IMG/VR virus record: IMGVR_UViG_3300038829_000089
Span: 1 to 45,299 of that record
DNA from: a virus
Lineage: Duplodnaviria > Caudoviricetes
Length of the DNA stretch: 45,299 bases
Reading direction: 5' to 3' (one strand)
Below are positions 25,039-33,002 of the stretch, piece after piece. Position numbers and translations under genes: made by a program. How positions within the stretch are numbered: the stretch's first letter is position 1; every line of letters begins with the position of its first letter. The notes under the pieces were generated by a model that was given only the letters and a program-made list of their open reading frames with translations, was not told where the DNA came from and did not search any database.

Positions 25039-27873
25039 ATGCCTCCCACGGCAAACGCGGCGATCCTCGACGCCCTGACGGGGCACTCCGTCGGCGTCGA
25101 GCGCTACAGCGAGGGGCTCGTCCGGCGGATGATCGGGCTCCTCAACAACTCGCAGGCCGACCTCGCGAAGCAGATCGCCGCCCGCCTGGCAAAGTCCGGC
25201 GTCCTCGGCTTCGACCCCGGGCCCGTCACGACGCAGCGCTTGACCTCGCTCCTCGAGGCCCTGCGAAAGACGAACCTCGGAATGCACCAGGCGATCGGCC
25301 AGGAGCTCACCTCCGAGCTCAAGGCGTTTGCTGGCCTCGAGTCGGCCTATTCCGAGAAGCTCCTCGCCGGCGCGCTCCCGGGCGACGTCAAGCTCTCGTG
25401 GAATCGCCCCGCCCCCGAGCTCCTGGCCTCCGCCGTCGAGAAACTCCCGATGGTCGGGCACACGATGACGCAGGAGATCTCGGCCCTCGCCGAGTCGCAC
25501 TTCGACCGCGTCGTCGGCGCCGTGCAGCTCGGAGCGGCCGAGGGGCAGTCGATGCCGCAGATCATGCGGCGCATCATCGGCAGCCCCGAGCAGTCGTTCG
25601 AGGACGGCGTCTTCCACGGCAACCGAAACCACCTCCGGACGATCGTTCGCACCTCGACGCAGCACGCTGCGAACCAGGCCCGCGCCGCCTTCGCCAGCGC
25701 CAACGCTGACATACTCGCCGGCGAGAAGTGGCTCGCCACCCTCGACGGCCGCACGACGCCGCTGTGCCAGAAGCGCGACGGCACCCTCTACCCGGTCGGC
25801 GAAGGCCCGATCCCCCCGGCGCACTACCAGTGTTTACCGGGGGACGGTTTGGTACTGGCCGTTGGCCGGGTCACGGGCGCCACGAAACGGCGGTTCGATG
25901 GTGAAGTCGTCACCATCGAGACGGCCAGCGGTAACGAACTCACCTGCACCCCAAACCACCCGATACTGACGGACGGGGGATGGCTCGCCGCGGGCCTCGT
26001 GAACCTGGGCGACCACGTAGTCAGCTACCGCGGCGGTCAGCGGCCAGCGGCGAGTCTGGATCACCAGGGCGAGCACCTGCCATCCCGCATCCAGGATGTA
26101 GCGGAAGCGTTCTTCGCATCGGGCGCGGTGCGCGCCGCCAAAGTGCCAACCGCCCCCGAAGATTTCCACGGCGACGGGAGCAGCAGCCAGGTCCACGTTG
26201 TAGCGACCCAGCGCGAGTTGGGGGACCGTCGCGACGCCGCGCTCGAGGAGCATAGCGGCGAGCTCGACCTCGTATCGGGACCGCTTCCAGGCGGGATGAG
26301 CCTGCCGCCATCGAGCGGTAGCCTCCATCCGGGCATCGCTCGGCCGCTTCCCGCGGCTGGCCTCGTGGGCGGCACCGAACAGCTTCTCGCGCTCCTCCGG
26401 CGTCGACCGCCCCCACCGCTTGCGCATCGCGTCCTGCCGTCCGCGGATTGCGACGCCGGAGGCGACGAGCAGCGCCTCGACGGTGCTAGCGGAGGCGCCG
26501 AGCTCCTGGGCGATGCCACGACTTCCGCCGACTCCGCGCCCCGCAGCGTATTCACCGAGGATCCAGGAGCGGTGCTCCTCGACGCGCTCGCGAGCGGCGC
26601 GGTGCTTCGCATCCTCGACCGAAACGCCCCGAGAGAGGAGCACGCGGGCGACCGGCTTGAAGCCGACCCCGAGGGCCTCGCCGATCGCGCGGACGCTCGT
26701 TCCTGCCCGGTACTGCTCGACGATGTAGTCCGCGTCGAGCGCCGACCATTTCTTGGTCACGTCTTCAACCTCCAGACCGAAAGCCAACTGTTCATCGCTG
26801 GCGGAATTGTAGTGCACAATTGCCGCAGCGTCCGTGTCCCCGTCCTCAAGTCATGGGAGGAGCTCGGCCTCGACGGCTCCTCGCTATCGCCCTCGACGCG
26901 CGCCTCGATGAATGGGCAGGTGCCGGCCTCCGAGACCTACGAGACCTGGCTCCGCAAGCAGCCGCACGCCTTCCAAGACGACGTGCTCGGGGCGACCAAA
27001 GGGCAGCTCTTCCGCTCAGGCGGCCTGACCGTCGACAACTTCGCCGACGCCTCGGGCAAGGTCTACAACCTCGCGCAGCTCTACGCGATGCACCCGCAGG
27101 CGTTCGGCCTCGCGGGCCTCCCCGTCAACGACGTGTGGGTCGCTCAGGCGGCCGAAGCCGCGAAGGCCGCGGCCGTGATCGCTCAGCAGGCGGCCGAGGT
27201 CGAGGCGATCGCCAAGGCCGCGCAGCTCGCGGCCGACCAGGCCGCAGCCGATGCCGCCGCACAAGCCGCGTCCCAAGAGAAACGGCAGTCGCCTCGCTTT
27301 TCGGGGTTGAGCGAGGAGGTTTCCTCTACGCTCGAGGCCGCCGAGCTGCGAATACGAGAGGACGCATTAGAGACCGGCCTCGTGGTCGACTCAGTTGGCG
27401 GGCGCGTCATCCGCGAACACACTGGTGGCTCAGTGAACCGTGTCAGTTTTCCGCCCGAGGATATTTCGGGTCTTCGGTACGCCGGCGGCGTGATGACTCA
27501 CAATCACCCTTCGGGCGGGTCCTTCTCTGTCCAAGACGTAAACTTTTGGGCCGCGAACGGTCTGGCCGAGGTGCGAGCGGTCGGAATGCAAGGCGATCGC
27601 CACGTGCTCTATCGACTGCGCTGGGCTCGCGAATCGGCGCTGCAGCCAAGCGGCCGGGAGCTCGTCGTGACGTTCTTGGAATCTCAGCGCGAAGCTCGCG
27701 CCGCAGCCCTGCGCTGGCTGCGGAAGCGACTGCTAGCGGCCGGCCTGTCCGATATGGCGCACGACACTGCGGGGACCCTGGCCCGAGAGTACTATTGGCG
27801 CCTGTCTCACGGGACGATGCAGCGGCTAGCGGACGAATTCGACGGGCAGTTGATCTATGAGCGCATTTACTGA
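25039..27873 (+). CDS. MuF/SPP1 gp7-type minor head protein with intein and C-terminal JAB-like domain
   Basis: TIVRT...WLATLDGRTTPLC...PPAHYQ-[intein]-CRSVRVP; RASMNGQVP; Ala-rich linker; THNHPSGGSFSVQD. Confidence 0.9.
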   Translation: MPPTANAAILDALTGHSVGVERYSEGLVRRMIGLLNNSQADLAKQIAARLAKSGVLGFDPGPVTTQRLTSLLEALRKTNLGMHQAIGQELTSELKAFAGLESAYSEKLLAGALPGDVKLSWNRPAPELLASAVEKLPMVGHTMTQEISALAESHFDRVVGAVQLGAAEGQSMPQIMRRIIGSPEQSFEDGVFHGNRNHLRTIVRTSTQHAANQARAAFASANADILAGEKWLATLDGRTTPLCQKRDGTLYPVGEGPIPPAHYQCLPGDGLVLAVGRVTGATKRRFDGEVVTIETASGNELTCTPNHPILTDGGWLAAGLVNLGDHVVSYRGGQRPAASLDHQGEHLPSRIQDVAEAFFASGAVRAAKVPTAPEDFHGDGSSSQVHVVATQRELGDRRDAALEEHSGELDLVSGPLPGGMSLPPSSGSLHPGIARPLPAAGLVGGTEQLLALLRRRPPPPLAHRVLPSADCDAGGDEQRLDGASGGAELLGDATTSADSAPRSVFTEDPGAVLLDALASGAVLRILDRNAPREEHAGDRLEADPEGLADRADARSCPVLLDDVVRVERRPFLGHVFNLQTESQLFIAGGIVVHNCRSVRVPVLKSWEELGLDGSSLSPSTRASMNGQVPASETYETWLRKQPHAFQDDVLGATKGQLFRSGGLTVDNFADASGKVYNLAQLYAMHPQAFGLAGLPVNDVWVAQAAEAAKAAAVIAQQAAEVEAIAKAAQLAADQAAADAAAQAASQEKRQSPRFSGLSEEVSSTLEAAELRIREDALETGLVVDSVGGRVIREHTGGSVNRVSFPPEDISGLRYAGGVMTHNHPSGGSFSVQDVNFWAANGLAEVRAVGMQGDRHVLYRLRWARESALQPSGRELVVTFLESQREARAAALRWLRKRLLAAGLSDMAHDTAGTLAREYYWRLSHGTMQRLADEFDGQLIYERIY
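25831..26820 (+). mobile_element. Intein, 330 aa, with Cys+1
   Basis: Block A CLPGD, block B LTCTPNHPILT, blocks F/G VFNLQTESQLFIAGGIVVHN followed by C; interrupts the conserved MuF H..CRS motif. Confidence 0.93.
25834..26760 (-). CDS. Antisense intein-embedded HTH-HTH-Vsr/DUF559-like endonuclease (308 aa)
   Basis: GGAGG 8 nt before GTG 26760; two HTH repeats (YRAGTSVRAIGEALGVG, GIAQELGASASTVEALL); SRYE..L...Q..GRYNVDLA...VAVEIFGGGWH...GW.V; stop TAA opposite intein codon 2. Confidence 0.85.
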   Translation of the reverse strand: MTKKWSALDADYIVEQYRAGTSVRAIGEALGVGFKPVARVLLSRGVSVEDAKHRAARERVEEHRSWILGEYAAGRGVGGSRGIAQELGASASTVEALLVASGVAIRGRQDAMRKRWGRSTPEEREKLFGAAHEASRGKRPSDARMEATARWRQAHPAWKRSRYEVELAAMLLERGVATVPQLALGRYNVDLAAAPVAVEIFGGGWHFGGAHRARCEERFRYILDAGWQVLALVIQTRRWPLTAAVADYVVAQVHEARGEPSPVRQYRVVWGAGEFVTAGRLDGDDFTIEPPFRGARDPANGQYQTVPR

Positions 27874-28069
27874 CGCGCCGGCCCACATCGCCGCCTGGCC
27901 GCTCGAGCGCGCCGCAGCGGTTACCGATCGCGAGTTCGCCGCCATGAGCGACGACCAGGCGGCGGCATACGTCGACAGGTGCCTGGCGCTCGGTCTGCTG
28001 GTCGACCACTTGCCTGTCATAGACACCGGCAGCGAGAGCACGCCGCGGCCCCCACGCCCCCCCGCCTGA
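27857..28069 (+). CDS. Small protein overlapping the MuF stop (candidate immunity protein)
   Basis: 70 aa, acidic, overlaps the end of MuF; function inferred from position only. Confidence 0.45.
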   Translation: MSAFTDAPAHIAAWPLERAAAVTDREFAAMSDDQAAAYVDRCLALGLLVDHLPVIDTGSESTPRPPRPPA

Positions 28070-28142
28070 CCCATTCGCCCGACCGCCCGCGGCCCGCCAC
28101 GGCCCGCCAGCGCAGCCGCACGGCCAACTCCAGCCCGACCGC

Positions 28143-28180
28143 TTGACACGAAACCACCCCCGAGGATTCTCTCGGGGTGG
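28143..28180 (+). promoter_or_regulatory. Repeated late-promoter-like element, copy 2
   Basis: TTGACACGAAACCACCCCCGAGGATTCTCTCGGGGTGG upstream of scaffold and capsid genes. Confidence 0.8.
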
Positions 28181-28295
28181 ACCTCCCCCGCTGCGCCGCA
28201 ACCGCTCGCCCTGACGGAGTCCGTCGGGGTGGCCGCGGCGTGCCTGGGGACATTGCCGGCAGTGCCGGCGCGCGGCAGTGCCGCAGGGGCTCGAC

Positions 28296-29027
28296 GTGAA
28301 ACCGAAGCTGATCGTTCAATCCCTCGAGGACGTTCCCGAGGCTCTCCGCCCGTTCTACGTCAAAGACGCCGAGGGCGATACCTGGCGCCTGCAGCTCGAC
28401 GAGGACGAAGACGCAGGTGACCCGACCAAGCTCGCCCGCACCCTCGGCCGTGTACGGACCGAGAAGGAAACGACGGAGCGCGAGCTCCGCGAGGCCAAGG
28501 CCGAGCTCGAGAAGCTCCGCAAGGCAGCTCCGAAAGCCGACCCGAAGCCGAAGACGGACGACGACGCGGCCAACGACCGCAAGGCAATGGCCGAGGCGCA
28601 CCGGCTCGAGCAGGAGGCCAGCGCCCGAATCATCGCCGACCTCGAGGCCGAGCTCTACGGCGCGACCGCCGAAGCGCAGCTCAGCGAGGCCCTGATCGCC
28701 GCCAAGGTCACCGGCGGAAAGCGGCATTTCGCCGCCGCTGCGGCCGGCGTCATCCGGACGCAGAAGGGCGCCGACGGCAAGCGCCAGGTGCTCGTCTTCG
28801 ACGGCCCCGGCAAGGACGCGAAGGTGCTTTACAACCCGAAGACGGGCGACCCGATGACCCCTGCCGATTGGGTCGCGGCCCGCGCCAGCGAAGACGACTT
28901 CAAGCCGTTTTTCCCCGGCACAAAGGCCGTGGGGAGCGGCACTCCTCCGGCCAATTCACCCGCCCGGGCTCCGGCGTCGACCATGTCCCCCGAGGACAAG
29001 CTCGCGCACGCCTTCGGCGCCACCTAA
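28296..29027 (+). CDS. Capsid scaffolding protein
   Basis: SLEDVPEALRPFY..., coiled coil, FFPGTKAVGSG tail; precedes the capsid gene. Start may be 28278. Confidence 0.8.
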   Translation: MKPKLIVQSLEDVPEALRPFYVKDAEGDTWRLQLDEDEDAGDPTKLARTLGRVRTEKETTERELREAKAELEKLRKAAPKADPKPKTDDDAANDRKAMAEAHRLEQEASARIIADLEAELYGATAEAQLSEALIAAKVTGGKRHFAAAAAGVIRTQKGADGKRQVLVFDGPGKDAKVLYNPKTGDPMTPADWVAARASEDDFKPFFPGTKAVGSGTPPANSPARAPASTMSPEDKLAHAFGAT

Positions 29028-29066
29028 GGACCCCGCCGCACTAGGCGGAAAGGAAGGACCAGAACC

Positions 29067-29990
29067 ATGCCGATGACCCTGATCGAGGCGTCCAAGCTCC
29101 GGACGAACACCACGATTCAGACCGCCGTGATCGAGATGTTCGCGAAGCAGTCGCCCCTCATGAGCCTCATTCCCTTCGACAACATCGAGGGCAACGCCTA
29201 CGGCTACAGCCGCGAGGTGGAGCTCCCCGGCGTCGCGTTCCGCGGCGTGAACGAGTCGTACACCGAGAGCTCGGGCGTCATCAACCCCCTGACCGAGTCA
29301 CTCTACATCATGGGCGGCGACCTCGACGTCGACAAGTTCATTGTCCGCACGCAGGGCCCCCGCGCCCGGGCGACGCACGTCGGCATGAAAATCAAGGCCC
29401 TCGCCGACAGCTGGAGCGTCAAGTTCATCAAGGGCGACAACGCCACCGACCCGCGCGAGTTCGACGGCCTGCAGGTGCGCCTGACCGGCTCGCAGCTGAT
29501 CGACCAGGGCTCGACCTCGGGCGGCGACGTTGCGACGTTGTCGAAGCTCGACGAAGCGATCGACGCTTGCGACAACGCCAACGTCATCGTGATGAACCGC
29601 ACCCTCGCCCGGCGTATGTCGCGGGCGGCCCGCGACAGCTCCGTCGCCGGCGATGTGACCTACACCCTCGACGGCCTCGGCCGCCGCGTCGTCAACTACG
29701 CCGGACTGCCGATCGTCACCGTCGGCAACGGCTCGACCGAGCCCCTCGGCTTCACCGAGGCTTGCCCTGGCGGCGGCTCCGCCGTCGGGACGTCGATCTA
29801 CGTCCTCGCCCTGGGCGCCGGCATGCTCAAGGGCATTCAGAACGCCCCGCTCGAGGCCGTCGACCTCGGCGAGATCGACTCGGCCCCGGTCTACCGGACC
29901 CGCATCGAATGGTACGCCGGCATCGCCCTCGAGCACGGCCGCGCCGCGGTCCGTCTCCGCGGGATCAAGGATGGCGCTTGGACCGCGTAA
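29067..29990 (+). CDS. Major capsid protein
   Basis: MTLIEASK, LPGVAFRGVNESY, GGDLDVDKFI, FIKGD...EFDGL, RIEWY, RLRGI; AAGGAAGG RBS. Confidence 0.9.
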   Translation: MPMTLIEASKLRTNTTIQTAVIEMFAKQSPLMSLIPFDNIEGNAYGYSREVELPGVAFRGVNESYTESSGVINPLTESLYIMGGDLDVDKFIVRTQGPRARATHVGMKIKALADSWSVKFIKGDNATDPREFDGLQVRLTGSQLIDQGSTSGGDVATLSKLDEAIDACDNANVIVMNRTLARRMSRAARDSSVAGDVTYTLDGLGRRVVNYAGLPIVTVGNGSTEPLGFTEACPGGGSAVGTSIYVLALGAGMLKGIQNAPLEAVDLGEIDSAPVYRTRIEWYAGIALEHGRAAVRLRGIKDGAWTA

Positions 29991-30050
29991 GCGGCCCTCG
30001 CCACGCCTGACCCCACCCCCTCACCCTGACCCGCTAGGAGACAGATCAAC

Positions 30051-30494
30051 ATGGCGACGAACAACCACAACTTCACCTTCGACAGCGAGCTCGAGCTCAA
30101 GGACGCCGGCTTGATCGCCGCGTCCGCGGCCTGCCAGGTCGGCGCCGTCGACCGGATCCTCGACCTCGGCCTCGGCTATTTCGAGGGCCGGCTCGTCTTC
30201 GACTGGACGGCCCTCGAGGTCGCCACCGGTGACGAGAAGTACGAGGCCGAGTGGCAGCTCAGCAACTCGGCGACCTTCGCGAGCGGCAACGTCTGCGCCT
30301 GCGTCATCAAGCTGGGCGACTCGTCCGTCAACGGCAGCTCGGCCGACACCGCGTCGAGCGGCCGGATCGTGCAGCCGGTCTGCAACGAGTTCGCCGGCAC
30401 CCTCTACAGCTACGGCCGCCTCTACCTGCGCATCGCGGGCACGATCGCGACCGGCATCAACTGCTCGGCCTTCCTCGCCGAGAAGAACCCCTAA
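30051..30494 (+). CDS. Putative capsid decoration/cement protein
   Basis: Follows the capsid gene; FD.EL...ILDLG...SNSATF...YGRLY beta-rich pattern; AGGAG RBS. Confidence 0.65.
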   Translation: MATNNHNFTFDSELELKDAGLIAASAACQVGAVDRILDLGLGYFEGRLVFDWTALEVATGDEKYEAEWQLSNSATFASGNVCACVIKLGDSSVNGSSADTASSGRIVQPVCNEFAGTLYSYGRLYLRIAGTIATGINCSAFLAEKNP

Positions 30495-30502
30495 AGACGA
30501 GG

Positions 30503-30570
30503 GCGCCTGCCCCGCCCTGACTGCGCACTGACTACCTCAGGAACGCGCAGCAGGGCGGGCGGCCCCTCTC
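30503..30570. other. Intergenic extended stem-loop
   Basis: GCCCTG/CAGGGC and CTGCGC/GCGCAG nested pairs with further pairing outside. Confidence 0.5.
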
Positions 30571-30592
30571 ACTCTTCGGAGAAGACGACCAG

Positions 30593-30937
30593 ATGCGAAC
30601 CGACCACTTCAAGCGCTGGACCGGCAAGGCTTACGTCCCCTCGTTCGTCTACGACCTCGAGACGGGCGAGAAGCTCTTCCGCTGGCCGGTCGACTGCCGC
30701 GAGCTCGTCGCGACGCAGCCCGACCGCTACAGCTTCTCGCCGCCCGTCGGCGTCAAGCCCACCGGCGACGAGGGCGGCCCGATCGAAGACGACGGCAGCC
30801 CGAAGGCCCCGCGCTCCGCCAAGGCGAAGGCCGCGAAGTCGAAGCCGCCAGCGAAGGCCGCGAAGGCCGCGAAGTCGAAGACGACCAAGCCCAAGCCGCC
30901 GCCCGACCCGGACCCCGACGACTTCGACCAGGAGTAA
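30593..30937 (+). CDS. Hypothetical protein with KAAKSK basic repeats
   Basis: GGAG RBS; low-complexity C-terminus. Confidence 0.65.
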   Translation: MRTDHFKRWTGKAYVPSFVYDLETGEKLFRWPVDCRELVATQPDRYSFSPPVGVKPTGDEGGPIEDDGSPKAPRSAKAKAAKSKPPAKAAKAAKSKTTKPKPPPDPDPDDFDQE

Positions 30938-30946
30938 CACCTCGCC

Positions 30947-31597
30947 TTGACCACCACCCGATACGCCCCCGGCTACACCGTCGACAGCTCCCGCCCCGGC
31001 TCCGCCAAGCGGGTCAACCAGGACCTCAACAACACCGGCGCCAACCCGCTTCGCACCGGCTACGGCGTCGGCCTCGTTCCGGCCGCCAGCGTCGCCGCCG
31101 GAATCTCCGTCGAGGAACGCGGCGACGGCGTCCTGCATCAGACCGTGCTCACCCTCACCGCCGTTTCGGTCCCCATGACCGACGCGACAACGAACGGCTG
31201 CCACGGTTCTATCCAGCTCTACGACTTCCCGCAGTGCCTCCTCGTTCACGTCGCGAGCAACCTCTCGCTCACCCTCACCGCCGGAGCGGGCGGCGTCGCC
31301 GACGGCGCCGCCGTGGTCGCCGCGGTCGGCACCGTCACCACCGCGACCGACAACGCCGCCCTGACGACCACCGAGGCCGACCTCGTCCCCTCGACCGCCT
31401 TCACGCTCTCGAGTGGCACGGTACTCGCGCGGAATGTCAGCACGACGGCTCTCGGCGCGATCGTCTTCGACGGCACCGCGACCGCCAAGGATGCCTGGCT
31501 CAACATCGCCGTCCCCGACGCCGACAGCTCGGCAAATGACACGATCTCCGTCACCGGGACTGTCATCCTGACCTGGATCAACGGCGGAGACGTCTAA
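30947..31597 (+). CDS. Putative virion structural protein
   Basis: AGGAG RBS, TTG start; Thr/Ala/Val-rich beta protein in the head module. Confidence 0.65.
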   Translation: MTTTRYAPGYTVDSSRPGSAKRVNQDLNNTGANPLRTGYGVGLVPAASVAAGISVEERGDGVLHQTVLTLTAVSVPMTDATTNGCHGSIQLYDFPQCLLVHVASNLSLTLTAGAGGVADGAAVVAAVGTVTTATDNAALTTTEADLVPSTAFTLSSGTVLARNVSTTALGAIVFDGTATAKDAWLNIAVPDADSSANDTISVTGTVILTWINGGDV

Positions 31598-31600
31598 GAC

Positions 31601-32101
31601 GTGGCCCTGATCGTCGAGGACGGCACCATCGTTGCGGGCGCCGAGGCATTCGGCACCGTGGCAGGTGCCGACACCCACCACGCAGCCCGCGGTCGCACGC
31701 TCTGGACCGGCACGACGGCGGCCAAAGAGCAGGCGCTCCGCATCGGCAATGCGTGGTGGGTGGGCGAGGTCTACCGCCGCGGCTCCTGGCCCGGCTACGC
31801 CTCCTCGGCGACGCAGGCGCTCCCCTGGCCGCGCCGCGGCGCCTATACGGTCGAGGGCTGGCCTCTCGACTCCGACGCGATCCCGGCCGGCCTGCTCGTC
31901 GCCGACTACGAAGCCGCTTACCTCGTCCTGACCGGCGTCGACCTCTTCGCCGCAGTGCAGCGCGGCGGGCGGGTGCGCCGCGTCAAGGTCGGACCGATCG
32001 AGAAGGAATACGAGCCCACCGCCCCCGGGCTCGCCGAGTATCCCGCCGTTTGGGCCCCGCTCCGGCCGCTCCTGTGGCCGCGGCGCCTGCTCCTTTCCTG
32101 A
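31601..32101 (+). CDS. Head-tail adaptor (DnaT-like annotated family)
   Basis: MALIVEDGT...KEQAL...QALPWPR...KVGPIEKEY. Confidence 0.85.
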   Translation: MALIVEDGTIVAGAEAFGTVAGADTHHAARGRTLWTGTTAAKEQALRIGNAWWVGEVYRRGSWPGYASSATQALPWPRRGAYTVEGWPLDSDAIPAGLLVADYEAAYLVLTGVDLFAAVQRGGRVRRVKVGPIEKEYEPTAPGLAEYPAVWAPLRPLLWPRRLLLS

Positions 32102-32111
32102 CCTCCCCCGC

Positions 32112-32149
32112 TTGACACGAAACCACCCCCGAGGATTCTCTCGGGGTGG
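32112..32149 (+). promoter_or_regulatory. Repeated late-promoter-like element, copy 3
   Basis: Identical to 28143-28180; includes the GTG 32146 start. Confidence 0.8.
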
Positions 32150-32553
32150 CCGCCTCTTTCGACTACGCAGAGCTCGCCGCCGACGTCCTCGAGATCCTCG
32201 AGGAGTTCGGCGAGGCGGCGCTCTTCGCTCCGGCCTCGGCCTTCGACCCGGCGACCGGCGGCACCGCGGCCCCCGGCTCGACCTACGCCGCAACCTACGT
32301 CGCCGACAAGTGGGCGGCCGGATTCGGCGGCCGTCGCACCGCTGGCGGCGACCAGGGCGACGCCAGCGGGCGCCCCGTCTCGACGCTCTCGATTCTCGTC
32401 GCCGCGTCCGGCCTCGCTTACGTCCCCGTCGCCGACGACTTCGTCTACCTCGACGACGCCGCCACCGAGACGGCCCGCTATCGCATCCGCAACGTCGAGC
32501 ACGTCACCCCCGCCGGCGTGGCCGTGCTCTACGTCCTCGAGGTCGAACGTTGA
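32146..32553 (+). CDS. Head closure / head-tail joining protein
   Basis: FDY..LA...LEEFG...FDPATG...PAGVAVLY. Confidence 0.75.
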   Translation: MAASFDYAELAADVLEILEEFGEAALFAPASAFDPATGGTAAPGSTYAATYVADKWAAGFGGRRTAGGDQGDASGRPVSTLSILVAASGLAYVPVADDFVYLDDAATETARYRIRNVEHVTPAGVAVLYVLEVER

Positions 32554-33002
32554 ACGTCCCCGACGGCATTCGCGCATTCAAGGCACTCGCGCGCGCCGAG
32601 GGCGTCCGTCGGCAACGCATCGTCGCGACGGGGATTTACATCGACCTAGTCACGGCCTGGCCGGTCGACACCGGGCGCAGCCGCGCGGGCTGGATCGCTA
32701 CCTCCGGCTCGCCGTCGACCTTCGCGCCGCCCGAGCTCGCCGCGTCGATCAAGGGGCGCAAGGCGAAGGCGGGCGCGAAGGTGGCCGCGATCTCCTCGGC
32801 CGGCGGCGGCATCGCCGCGGTCGACCCGAAGCTCGGCGAGTCCATTTGGATCGTCAACAACGTCGGGTATGCGGCCTACCTCAACGACGGGCACTCGCCG
32901 CAGATGCCGGCCGGCACCGTCGAGGCGATCGCCAGCAAGTGGCAGGCGCTCGGCGCGCAGCTCGCCGCCGCCTTCAACGCGGCATTCGGCGGCCTGCAGT
33001 GA
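32550..33002 (+). CDS. HK97 gp10-like tail completion protein
   Basis: PVDTGRSRAGW...IWIVNNVGYA..LNDGHSPQMPAG. Confidence 0.85.
   Translation: MNVPDGIRAFKALARAEGVRRQRIVATGIYIDLVTAWPVDTGRSRAGWIATSGSPSTFAPPELAASIKGRKAKAGAKVAAISSAGGGIAAVDPKLGESIWIVNNVGYAAYLNDGHSPQMPAGTVEAIASKWQALGAQLAAAFNAAFGGLQ

Noticed and set aside
26050-26700. In-frame LAGLIDADG or HNH domain in the intein
   Set aside because: No such motifs in the sense translation; the coding signal is on the opposite strand.
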